Of a DNA stretch of 64,000 bases, positions 37,426-48,490 are shown in pieces. Origin of the DNA: Tubulanus polymorphus (taxonomy: Eukaryota > Animalia > Nemertea); NCBI RefSeq assembly GCF_964204645.1, contig NC_134031.1, positions 14,681,807 through 14,745,806 of the forward strand, read 5' to 3'. The translations under genes and the position numbers were made by a program. The notes under the pieces were generated by a model. It ran no database searches. It saw nothing but the letters and a program-made list of their open reading frames with translations, and was not told the DNA's origin. The number at the start of each line of letters is the position of its first letter. Position 1 is the first letter of the stretch.

Positions 37426-37723
37426 TAATTCAAATACAGAACTATGAACCGAATCACTCATTCATTTCATCTTAAGCTTTCGCAATGAGGCACTTTACCA
37501 TATTTCATACTTGATCCCATTTTCCCGTTTACTGTAAAAACGATGGTGACCAGTCACCACATCTGACTGGTCACCAGTCACCACCCCTGGATGGTCACTA
37601 GTCACCACACCTGAATGTTCACTAGTCACCACATCTGACTGGTCACCACACCTGACTGATCACCACAGCTATCTAGGCCACCACACTGACCTGACTAACT
37701 TCCAACCTGCGCCAATCAACAAG

Positions 37724-37795
37724 AATTAGGTGGTCTAGTGGTTAGGATAGTGGCCTAGCAAGCAAGAAGCCCTGGTTCAGATCCGGAGAGGCTTG
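37724..37795 (+). pseudogene. tRNA-derived SINE head or tRNA(Ala, AGC)-like pseudogene
   Basis: A box TGGTCTAGTGG (37731), loop CTAGCAA, B-box-like GGTTCAGATCC (37774); stems are imperfect. Confidence 0.6.
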
Positions 37796-38058
37796 GGTTA
37801 GGGTTGTTGTTTTCTGGGCTGGCAAGGCTTATCCTGAACACATTTTGTTCGCATACAAGAGATCCAGGGTGTGGCTTCTGGAAGGGTAACGGTAGTTATT
37901 ACCTAGTATTGGAATTAATTTTTATGATAGCTTTGGAAAGAGGAATTATCGGCGGCTAACGTCCTCTGTATACAAGCGAACCATTTTTCACAACAGGAAA
38001 TATATGTAAATGATATGTTAATGATGATGTATAATATGCACGTCATTTTTTCCTGAAG

Positions 38059-38144
38059 AACACCTGGCTCATATCCCAGCATCGATTAGAAATGACGGGG
38101 ATCGAAGAAAACTGTTCATCGAAATCGTAAAACAGTATAACAAG
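38059..38144 (+). CDS. CNBD-like gene, coding exon 7 (HLAHIPASIRNDGDRRKLFIEIVKQYNK)
   Basis: ttttttcctgaag acceptor, AAG|gtttgc donor, phases 1/0. Confidence 0.7.
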
Positions 38145-38242
38145 GTTTGCGTCACTTGCAAATTAGCACCACTCATATCTAGATCTATTTTGGTCGTGCA
38201 TTCAACGGTTCATTCCGGTAATATTTTCAATTGTCTCCGTAG

Positions 38243-38305
38243 ATACAGCGAAACAAGAATTTACCTTGTGAACGTGAAGAACAGCGTCACCTGACGGAAA
38301 ATACA
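38243..38305 (+). CDS. CNBD-like gene, coding exon 8 (IQRNKNLPCEREEQRHLTENT)
   Basis: tctccgtag acceptor, ACA|gtaatg donor, phases 0/0. Confidence 0.6.
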
Positions 38306-38388
38306 GTAATGAGGATAATAATGATGACAATTAGTTGCTCAAAGGGGCTTTACAATTTTTACATCTTAAAACTAAAACTAACTTGTAG

Positions 38389-38406
38389 GTTTTCTATCTG
38401 GCGTTG
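38389..38406 (+). CDS. CNBD-like gene, putative terminal exon (VSIWR*)
   Basis: ctaac branch point and ttgtag acceptor; AATAAA at 38561. Confidence 0.5.
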
Positions 38407-39829
38407 ATGTTGCTCAAAAAGTTGGTTCAACTCGTTCTCCCAACATCCACTCGTCCGTAAAATATGTAGTCCTTACTTAACACTAATAACCTACTCACTC
38501 ATCTATTAAGATAACATTTATCAAGAAAATTAGAAATTGTAAAAAGCATAAAAAACTGCAAATAAAGTTCTATTGATTCCGGATACTCAAAAGTGTACCT
38601 TAAAATCCGTTAGAAACATGTGCTTTTGAATGAGATGAATAATGATTTAGGTTGACTTATCGAGAATACAGACATCATAAACTAAGACAATTATCAGCTG
38701 GTTTGATCAATATTAATGGACTTTCGCTTTAGCGAAGTCCATTTTGAAATCGCATATGAAACTTTCTTCCTTTGGTACAAAATAACATCCCAACGAGGTT
38801 TAGTTTCTCTTCAGAACTTTCAAAACATTCAATGTAGTAATAAAATCTCTAACCCTATTGAATTTCATCGGAATCCGTTGCTTATTTGATAATTTAGTCA
38901 TTTATTGTTGTCGGAACTACATTTCGTTTCGGAAGAACACATGCCCTTTTACGTATATTCATGCTTCACACACGTGCGCGGCACATATACTCGCTGCTAG
39001 GTGAGTAGTATTGATCTGCGCATGTATACGAAAAGCACGCCTCGTGTGGCCTAGTAAAAGTTTTGTTGGAAACTGCAAATGATTCGATTGACCAGGTTTC
39101 GTCGTGGCCGACCGTGTAAAGCAGTGAATTTTATAGAAGGGCAGTAAATTTGGGAAAGGGGGAAGTGAATCTTGGGAATTGTTCAATTTACGAAAATAAA
39201 TTGTTTAACGTTAACCAACTTCGTCCACAGTGTCTGAAATAAATGAAATCGTCACACCATGAGCGTGGAGTGTATATTTGAGTCAGTCAAATCACCACCA
39301 TGTATATTCATGTCGAATCGTCATGCAGTTGTGTGTGATGGAGATCATATCAATAGACAGATTTTCATGAAAACTTCTGGATTCAATCAAGAGGGACATC
39401 TTAGGCTTTTTTGATTACTTGGAGCATGGATTCTCTGAAATTCTGCCAAAAACTTCATGCCGAAGATAGGCATGCGTTTCCATTCATTATTTGAGAAAAG
39501 AAACTTTTTCCTTGATATTCCGTCATTATTTTCTATTTGATTGTCCGTAAACAGTCAATTTTCTACCATCATTTGAATTCGATCCAATAGTTATCACTCT
39601 TTTTCATTTGTTCTTCTTAAATCTCTACAGTACCATGTTCAATTTTGATGCTGACTAAACATACGTCACTCATATACATTTTGGGAAAGTCCATATTGAG
39701 AATTCGTTTCTTGTTTCTTGTTTCTATCCTCATCCAATCCAGAGATAAGAAGGAAATAAGAAAATTTAACCAGGAAAAAATTAGGCAGAAAAAATTAAAC
39801 AATGCGGACCAAGTGAATACTCGAAAACA

Positions 39830-40181
39830 CATCCCTCCACGGCAGGGATTCGAACCTGATGGCATCGCTACAATCAGCCAAGGCACGAACCCCCGCCACA
39901 CTAGACCCAGTGCGCTGGTACAAGCGCAGCTTTGCCTCACGAGAACTCGCGGCACAATCAGATTGCTCGTTGTATAATCGCTGAGTTAAATTCCACGGAA
40001 GAACTATAAATGGTAAAACCCGGGCTAAAATGAAACGGGATATCTGATTGGCTGATAATGACATCATCTGCGCGTGACATCACAAGCTGCGCGTGTATCT
40101 GCGCACTCGGTCTTGTATGGCAGGGTTTCGTACCGTGGCAATATTGATGCCACCAGGTTCGAATCCCTGCCTGGGACGATG
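39830..40181. mobile_element. Mutator-like MITE with ~100-bp TIRs (uninterrupted sister of 10007-10952)
   Basis: Arms 39830-39932 and 40084-40181 are inverted; flanks TCGAAAACA / TCAAAACAC (TSD with one indel). Confidence 0.75.
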
Positions 40182-40236
40182 TCAAAACACGGCGCCTGGA
40201 AACTGTAAAAAGGCATTTGTTTGTTATTCTCCCCTC

Positions 40237-40278
40237 ACACCTGACGATGATCTCTAGGGAGAGTTCGAAACGTCGCGT
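40237..40278 (+). ncRNA. Hammerhead ribozyme motif (Penelope type)
   Basis: ACAC-CTGACGA-T-GATCTCT-AGGG-AGAGTTC-GAAACGTC-GCGT. Confidence 0.65.
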
Positions 40279-40427
40279 ATTCTGATTTTAGATCTTGATC
40301 AATACAATTCGGTTATCAATCTTTTAATTTCTGTATGTAGCGGGTTTTAAGATTATTAAGCTGGCCCAATTTGCAACTAGTAATGGTACCTTGAATGCAA
40401 TTTCAATTGCATTATTATGGCACCAAG

Positions 40428-40542
40428 GATCCAATTCCACAGTTCCTAGTTAAGATTTCACTCCGAGATTCAACTCCTTGACAAAAAATGAACTCATTTT
40501 AACTCGAGTTAACTCTAACTCACCACAATGTGGAACTAGATC
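40428..40542. mobile_element. PIF/Harbinger-like MITE (family of 16827-16934)
   Basis: GATCCAATTCCACAGTT...GAGTTAACTCTAACTCAC...TGTGGAACTAGATC. Confidence 0.7.
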
Positions 40543-41582
40543 CCGAGTGTGGAGTTAACTCTGACCTACCCAACTGTGTTACTGGATCCTGAGTTGATTT
40601 TAACCGACTTTTGAGCAACTGACCACAGATGATCTAAAATTTAACTGGGTTGAAAATAGAATTCAATGGTTTTGAAGTTTTTTGCACGTGATTACGAGGA
40701 CAACAGTTTCTGTTTGTTTTCTGAGAAATTCCTTTTTTTCTTCATTTAAAAGCATAAGTGCGGACCGGAAGTTGACGCTCGGGATATACACAATCGCTTT
40801 AAAGCGGACAGACTAAGTATCGCCCGAGCCCGATGGAAATTCGCATCTGATAGCGTCGATTATAACATAATGTTACTGGTTAGTAGCTTCTACACTCTCT
40901 TTATATGGGATTAAAAGAAAAATCCGTTTCTGAATTTTATGATAGAATTTGGAAAATTTGTTTTAAAATCTCTTTTTCGAAAATATTTATTCTTTGATCT
41001 TCTATCTAGCAATCGAACAATGTGATGTGTTCTATTGATACCGGATCCATTTTGAGAAATGCTATAGAAGGAGCAGCAAACATGGCCAAAAGGGTGCAGT
41101 ACCGTAAAGATAATACAAAACCGCCAATAGCGTAAGCATAGGCCCCCCCCCCATCAATGTCGGAAACACAGTCGAGACTCGAGTCCAAAAATAGCCGTAA
41201 ACCTGTAAAAACTAGATTAGCTATAGAAGTTAATTTGACCTTTAATAGACTGGTCTTAAATCTAAGACATGGCGATGTCCAATTGGGCCCTCGACCCAGT
41301 TCGAAAGCTGTGTGAGTTCGAATCGAACGTATCCATCAGTCATTCGAGTGAAGCCTCGCGTTGAAGATCATACAAACCCTGTCCAGGCCTTGATTCTATA
41401 CATGTGTTAGTCTTATCAGAGGAATGTTGCATTGATAATTTCACTGTATGTTTAGATGGCAGACTCCCATTCACGAAGAAAGAGATCGCGCGAAACAGAA
41501 ACTCGCTTTTAATAGATACAGAATGGAAATATTGAGGCGTCGTCTGCGCAGAAACAATGACGATAAACTGCCGATGAATACT

Positions 41583-41907
41583 ACAATCTGATTGGTCGAG
41601 GGACTCCATCCTGCAATCTGATTGGACCAGTCCATCCTGCAATATGGTTAGTCGAGAGACTCCATCATGCAATCTGATTAACCCAAGAACTGTATCCTGC
41701 AATCTGATTGGACCAGTCCATCCTGCATGGTTAGTCGAGAGACTCCATCATACTATCGGATTAACCCAAGAACTGTATCCTGCAATCTCATTGGACCAGT
41801 CCATCCTGCATGGTTAGTCGAGAGACTCCATCATGCTATCGGATTGACCCAAGAACTGTATCCTGCAATCTGATTGGTCGAGGAATTGTATCATGCACAA
41901 TGATTGG
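41583..41907. repeat. Tandem repeat of CTGCAATCTGATTGG-containing units (~80-bp higher-order unit)
   Basis: Read directly. Confidence 0.85.
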
Positions 41908-42072
41908 CAAACAACTAAACCCCAAAAAGCATCAGTTTAACACATGTTTTTTTTATATATTGATGAATTTATTACATAAAATAAAATGTAAAATTGTGTA
42001 TTATATGTGTCCAGTTTTTATAAATCGGAAAATCTTTGTTTTATCAAAATATCAGTTACAAGTTTGCTATAC

Positions 42073-42603
42073 CAGGGCCGGCGGAAGGTATAAACTAATT
42101 GGACTATTAGTGTCCCGTGCACCGAAAATTCTCGAGGTCAAAATTTGCCGGTTCTATAGCCACACATCAAGAAATTGTCATGGCCGCCGTTAGCATTGTG
42201 GCGATTTGTTGGAGAGATACTGGAAGGTAGTTAAAATTAGAAGGTTGATACACTGGATTTAGAAATCTATAGACACAAAACCGGCTTTTTAATATCGTGA
42301 TGAAACAATGTACAAGATTGGGATATGCAAACTTGAAAATATCGTAAACAGGATTATCTTGAGCTGCTATATTATGGAATTACTACATGTTTATAATATC
42401 AGAAATATACCAATAAAACATGTGAAACTATGAAACACATTTACTATCAATATTAACGATGAGAAATAATTGTAAATTACTCAGACTTACTGAATGATAC
42501 CACCAATGAACAAAGTTTTAAGTTTAAGAAATTTTGAAACATCATCGGCAAAATTATTGGTCCGGCCATGGCCGTACTGGCCGTACCGGTTCCGCCGGCC
42601 CTG
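42073..42603. mobile_element. CAG-terminal non-autonomous DNA transposon with 5-bp TSD
   Basis: 14-bp TIR CAGGGCCGGCGGAA / TTCCGCCGGCCCTG, with TATAC on both sides. Confidence 0.85.
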
Positions 42604-42710
42604 TATACATGATATAACTCATTTCAGTGTGCGCCGTATTTATGATATCAGATATTTCGTGAACGTTTATGATAATCTCATCTTAAACGTGTCTCTAATA
42701 GCGGAAGTGT

Positions 42711-43163
42711 CTACCAACCACCCCTCCTGCCGCCGCCACTTCGCCCTCCACTCCGACCTCCACTCCTGCCGCCACTTCGACCTCCACTCCTGCCGCCACT
42801 TCGGCCTCCACTCCTGCCGCCACTTCGGCCTCCGCTCCTGCCACCACGGCTGCTGCCGTGACCCGCGCGATCAGTCGCCGTCGATGACGCTTTAGAATCG
42901 GATCCACCGCCATCAGCGCCACCTGACGATTGACTTGAGGCATCTTTACTCCCGTGACCGGCTGATCCGCTTGTGGATTTACTCCCGTCGGACGAGCTAC
43001 TGTGAGTTGCTGAGCCCGTTATCGCACGTTTACGTCTACTTTCGGCCAAAACGGCAGCGCCATCTATCGGTTTTTGTTCACTTTCCCCTCCGTCAATAAG
43101 CAGACTGTAACACACATGCGCAGTGAGAGCCGTCAGGCAAATTACTACCACGAAATTCCTCAT
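42711..43163 (-). CDS. Secreted Gly/Ser/Arg-rich prepropeptide (150 aa), antimicrobial-peptide-like architecture
   Basis: Hydrophobic N-terminus (aa 1-20), acidic pro-region, RRKR furin site, (GGRS)9-GGGRRGGW tail; ATG directly after acceptor tttcag; repeat variation is synonymous in this frame. Confidence 0.88.
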   Translation of the reverse strand: MRNFVVVICLTALTAHVCYSLLIDGGESEQKPIDGAAVLAESRRKRAITGSATHSSSSDGSKSTSGSAGHGSKDASSQSSGGADGGGSDSKASSTATDRAGHGSSRGGRSGGRSGGRSGGRSGGRSGGRSGGRSGGRSGGRSGGGRRGGW

Positions 43164-44073
43164 CTGAAACCATTCAAATTAAATCCAGACGATAAAATAA
43201 AGCATTATTCATATTTTTGAATAAATTGAGTTTGATAACAGGACCCGGTTCCACGGTTCCGAATTAATTTTGACTCATTTTGTTAACTCGCGACTAGGGA
43301 AGAGGATCCAGTTCGACAATTCCGAGTTGATATTTTAATTAAAGCATTGGGAATAAACTAATTTCATCTCGGAGTGAACTAACATACAACTGTGTAACCG
43401 GATCCTATTTTGTTGGATTCTGTTCATGCAAAATAGGATCCAGTTCCACAGTTGCGAATGAGAATTAACTGTTAACTCACGGTAGATCGGTAAGATATAA
43501 CGTTAAGTTCCAGAGGTTGTGAGGTAGAGGGGATTTAATCAACTTTTGAATTGAGCAGATCCGAATACTTTTTGTGTCAAAGACTCGACCGTTGTTGTTA
43601 TCGTATATTATTGGTCTGTGAAAATCGGCCCCTAAAATAGTTAAAACTCAAAGTGAGTCTGATTTTGGTTACTTCGTGTTTTCAATGAGGACATCAAAAT
43701 TAACCATTTTAGCTTGTTCACGGAAGCATGCAGAGGCCCTGATTGAGTTGTAGAAATTACAGTGGTTCCATATCGCACCCTGAACTACTGAAGAACACAC
43801 TGGAATCACTGTTACAATTATTGGGTTACGCTGTTCATCGTCAACTACACTGAAACCCGCGATCATTTTGTACCAAAACAATCAGATTAAAAGTAACGTT
43901 CTTGTACATCGATGAGCAAATGGACTGCAAACAATGTCCGGATTAGACTAGATTCGAGATCAGACTAAAATCCGGATTAAGCCGATCCAGATTAAGTGGA
44001 TTCGACTGTGTACTTGTCTCATATTATTATTTCTGCAAATAAATCAAATCGAATCATAAAACATTAAACATAC

Positions 44074-44370
44074 CTTAAACAGATTGAATAAAGCTCCGTT
44101 CGGCTGATGTATATATTTCACTCGCTATCTGTAATGTTGTGTGTCTGGTCCGGACTGTATTTCACTCGCTGATCCGGAGAATGTGTTTACTACAATCAGA
44201 GTCTAATCGAGTTTATATAAGCCACTAGAACATCCCGTTTCCTTACAGGATGATTCACAGGTTTCCCCAGTTTAGGCTGCATTCCCCTCCGGACTTCCAG
44301 GAAATGTTTTGGCCGTTTTGTTGTTGTTGTTGCTTGTAACAGGAATTTCTAATGTCGAATATAGATAAGC
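44074..44370 (-). promoter_or_regulatory. TATA promoter and 5'UTR exon of the GGRS prepropeptide gene, with kB-like sites
   Basis: TATATAAA 44219-44212, Inr-like TAGT near 44191, donor AAG|GTATGT at 44074; GGGATGTTCT, GGGGAAACCT, GGGGAATGCA and AGAAATTCCT upstream. Confidence 0.65.
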
Positions 44371-44940
44371 TGTGTACATACATGCACACTGTCACGCCAT
44401 AAAAGCAGTAAAATATAAATCGCACAATTACAGGATCGAAAAAGATTTTAAAACATCGAAACTACTAAAGTTTGTTTAAAACTCGAATTTTCGGTTTTAT
44501 GCTAAAACCATTTTCAAGAGTAACTAAAAGTATGGCATACACAGTATATAAATCAAGCAAGAACGACACACACTATTGCACATAAAAACTAGGTGATAAT
44601 GACCAGAGAGGAAATGTATAGGGTCAAACGTTTATTATGGGGGGAGAAACCAAGGTTACCATCACACCGATGGATTTACATTTTACCTACAGAAGTACTT
44701 TCAACGCTTATTAGCGGCATTACTATCACGTCATATATCGACTTGCGAAATACTCCCTTGTTCGGTAAAACGTTCGCTGATTGGTCCATTTAACATGAAT
44801 TACCGCAGAAGTCTAATGTCGTTTGTTACAAGCACTGTGATCGGCCCGACCTTATTCTGGTCCACTGGTAATGACTCCAACGACTCGTGAGGTCAAAGGG
44901 TTTGGGACCAGCTTTAGCGTAATGGGTTCGAATCCCTTGA

Positions 44941-45219
44941 CAGGTGAAGATCTAGGATTTTCCAGGATTTCCAGGATTTCCCAGGAGGGGGTTCATGAAA
45001 AATGTTTATGTTAAACTGCTGACTAAAATCTCTAATGATAGGGGCCTATACGGCATATTGTTTGGCCAAACATAAGATAATATGGTACCGATTATCTGGT
45101 ACTGTCCGCCCACTTTGTCTTGAGTACAACCTTCAAGAAAACGATTGAAATTTTTTTGGTAGCTGAGAGGGGGGGGGGGGGTTCACGACCCCTGAAACCA
45201 CCGTCTGGATCCGCGCCTG
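44941..45219. mobile_element. Degenerate CAGG-terminal MITE
   Basis: CAGGTGAAGATCTAG ... CTGGATCCGCGCCTG; no clear TSD. Confidence 0.55.
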
Positions 45220-46447
45220 TTGCATTAGATGTTTTGTATTATCGTCAATCGAGTTCCAACCACTGTATATATGTCAAAGAAAAACGAAAAATACACAAAT
45301 TGGTATTTATGATTAGATTAGATTAGATTAAACATTTACTTCATGACTATGAAAGTATAAGGAGTTTCATACAAGAAACATGTATATATAACAAAATATC
45401 AATATATACAATAAGAAATAAATAGATAGTATCGCAGTTATTCAAAGGAATCAATAATTATGTGTTTTTCATTTACAATAGATAGGCTGTAAAGAGAATC
45501 AATTAATATATGTATGCAAAGTCCTCGACCAGATCGCCATCTACCGGAATTCACTGGGTTTTGTGGCATATAGTAAACAACGCGACTTCATCGATGCAAT
45601 AGAAAACCTTTATCTACTGGAATGATATTTGCTAATTATGATAATGATCTTTATCTAAATTGTTTGCTGGTCATCCCCCAGAATATTTTGAAAGACCGGT
45701 CTCTTTTTCACCCATTCTGACCGATTTTAGACACGGTTTGATCATATTAGGCCCTACGTATATTCATTCAAAGTGTACCTTGTTATTTGAAAAACTGAAA
45801 ATGAATTATACGAAGGAATGGATGTTGATTACTTTCACGACTAAATGTAATCAAAGTTTGTATACATGTGATCTAATCCGTTTGAATGACAAGTAAATAC
45901 TCTTCACTCCACTGAACTACTCCAGTCACTCCACTAGATGCTCCAACTACTACGTTTTCATGGGCTTTCGGTTCGATTCAATTTTCCATATATTGTACTG
46001 TATGAAATAGATGCATTTTGCCATAATGATCTGCTTTAGTGTTTGTTGAGGCACCCGCTCAGACACGAAACCTCGTGACAAGTACCACTTCGAACCACAA
46101 GTGGAATCGTTGGAAATATCGTAACGAAAAATCTAACAAAAATATCGCAAAGTCTCTAAACTGACTCAAAAAATTTTGGAAGTAACTCATGGAAAATCAA
46201 CAAAATTAAATTTCACGTCGCCGCTTCATATAGTTCGGATAAAGTCGGATAGGCGGCGCTGTAACCGTGAGTCACTAAAACGAGGTACTGTCTGTGTGTT
46301 TACTACAAACGTCAAAGCGGCTGCATCTGTACAATAACGCACGGTACGGCTGATTCTGATTGGATACGTACAGATTGACTATAAGAGGGCGCTGCTATCT
46401 GCTAGCGATGTAACCGGTCGGATGTTGGACGATCATTGTCGCGTGGG

Positions 46448-46707
46448 TTTAAATAGTTTAGGATAAAGTATCAACACTTCATCAGTTGTGGAGGAGTCAG
46501 TCTCGCGCAGGAAAGACGGAGAGATGTTACTGCTCTGAGTCTACTATGAAGTCATCAGAGTTTTTAGTGAACGCAATAGGGTTGGTATGCACCCTTGTGG
46601 TACCCTACACCGTTCAGGACCTACACGCGCCCTGCTATCACTGCGAATTCTTCAATTATGGGATGCAAAAAGATCAGCCATACAATACGAAAAAACGCCA
46701 AGAACTG
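46448..46707 (+). other. Putative first exon of an unidentified plus-strand gene
   Basis: TTTAAATA at 46448, Inr-like TCAGTT near 46481, strong donor CTG|GTAAGT at 46707. Confidence 0.4.
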
Positions 46708-47096
46708 GTAAGTTATCAATAGAATTACAATCTATCTTTTTTGTTAGTTTTTGATAATTTTCCTCGAACTTCACGCAATAAAATTTACCGGGTATGCCGA
46801 ACTTTATTTATAGTTTCCAAGTTTTCTTGTCTTCGATATATAGGAACCCAGTTTCGTCATTGGCCAAACGTTGTCTTAAATCGTAACATCGGTATGTAAT
46901 TGTGAGATTGGCAACTAAACCAAAATCAGCACAGGCTGGTCTTAAAGTCGTTTGATTAGCAATAGACCTAAATTGAGATTAGACTGGTCTGAAAGTTGTT
47001 AGGTTGACTATAGTTGTTTGAAATTGTTTGACTCGGTATAGAACCAAGAGCTTTGACTGGTTAGACGAGAAGATACACAATATCCGCGTATGATGA

Positions 47097-47257
47097 TGAC
47101 GAGAGAAAACCCACAATAACAAAGCCAAAATTGAAAAATTCTATATCAGAATGATTGTATTTGATGAGCGACGTTTTGGCTAACAACTGTTAGCCATCAT
47201 CAGGCTGATATAGAATTTTTCAATTTTGGCTTTGTTATTGTGGGATTTCTCTCGTCA
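47097..47257 (-). mobile_element. Penelope-like remnant: hammerhead inside a 53-bp inverted repeat
   Basis: Arms 47097-47149 and 47205-47257 (52/53 identical); AGC-CTGATGA-T-GGCTAAC..GTTAGCC-AAAACGTC-GCT. Confidence 0.75.
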
Positions 47258-48029
47258 GCTTGGACTGGTCTTGATCGTTGTTTCATTGACAATAGAACTA
47301 AATTGGAGTTTAAACCGGTCTTAACCTCTTAGGATCGGCTATGAAACCAAAATGAGACGGTTCCTGAAACTGAACTTGACAGTCAACTCTGACCAAATTT
47401 TCTAGAACACCCCATTTTATTCCGGTGCCTCTGAGTTGTTCACTGTGATGATCAAACAAAGAACAAGCAGAGAAAGTAATTTGAGAAAGTGAATTAGTGT
47501 TGATTTACATTTTACATCGATCAGCCATTAAACGACTTAAACAATTAACGCCGCTCTGTATTTGAAGCGGCTTAATTTGAATTGAGCGTGTTTCAGTGTT
47601 ATTCGTCATTTACGGTTCGAGCGTACTGAAACATTTACAAACTTTTGAATTGTGACCGTCTTTTTTAAATGAATGTCTGATAATCTTGCCGTGGTAGATG
47701 TGCAAGCGAATCGGTGAAACTCTGGAGCCTGATTTCTGTTTTGTTTCAGTACGGCAGAGCTAACGTATATATACTCTTTGTAATAAGACTCAGTTATTGC
47801 GGAACAAACGATTTTCTTCAGGGGAAAAATCGAAATCATATAAATACATATGATATACACATGTTAGATCTGTATGTTGTCTATATGTGTGGTGAATGTC
47901 AGATATACGTAATTATGATATTATCATTATTAACATTACTGGCCATTTATCAATATCTGTATCTTCGAAACGCACAGGGAACCTTCGCCTTGCTCCTAGC
48001 TCCTCGACCGTAAACATAGACTTTTAGAG

Positions 48030-48490
48030 TCGGTAACCAGTCTCTAGAGCCTGCAACAATGTCTCGAGCCCGTAATCTGCTTCAAAGTGTACCAGCTTCT
48101 AAAGGCCCATAATCAGCTTTTAGAGTCTGTAACTAGCTTATAGAGCCTGTAACCAGTTCCTGGAGCATGTAATCAGCTTCTGGAGTCTGTAACCAGTTTC
48201 CGGAGCCTGTAACCAGTTCCTGGAGCCTGTAACCAGTCTCTGGAGCCTGCAAGCAGTTCCTAGAGCCTGAAACCAGCTTCTAGAGCCAGTAACCAGTTTC
48301 TGGGGCCTGTAACCAGTTTCTGGGACCTGTAACCAGTTTCTCGGGCCTGTAACTAGTCTCTGGAGCCTGTAACCAGTTTCTGGAGCCTGTAACTAGTTTC
48401 CGGGAGCCCGTAACCAGTTTCTGGAGCCCGTAACCAGTCTCTGGAGCCCGTTACCAGTTTCTGGAGTCTGTAACCAGTTTCCGGGAGACT
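48030..48490. repeat. 20-bp minisatellite (TGGAGCCTGTAACCAGTTTC)n
   Basis: Read directly; homogeneous at the right end, decayed at the left. Confidence 0.92.

Noticed and set aside
37005-37457. Extension of the 205-aa ORF and overlapping minus-strand ORFs
   Set aside because: Intron sequence and fold-back repeat.
37724-37795. Functional tRNA-Ala gene
   Set aside because: Acceptor and anticodon stems do not pair properly and the B box deviates.
38715-38745. Hairpin AATGGACTTTCGCTTTAGCGAAGTCCATT, and another at 11399-11426, as terminators or RNA genes
   Set aside because: Eukaryotic context; more likely ends of unclassified transposons whose other boundary I could not define.
42494-42943. 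Overlapping ORFs with (HSCRHFGL)n and (VAAGVEAE)n repeats
   Set aside because: Alternative frames of the GGRS gene; variation is synonymous only in the GGRS frame, which alone has a signal peptide and splice/promoter support.
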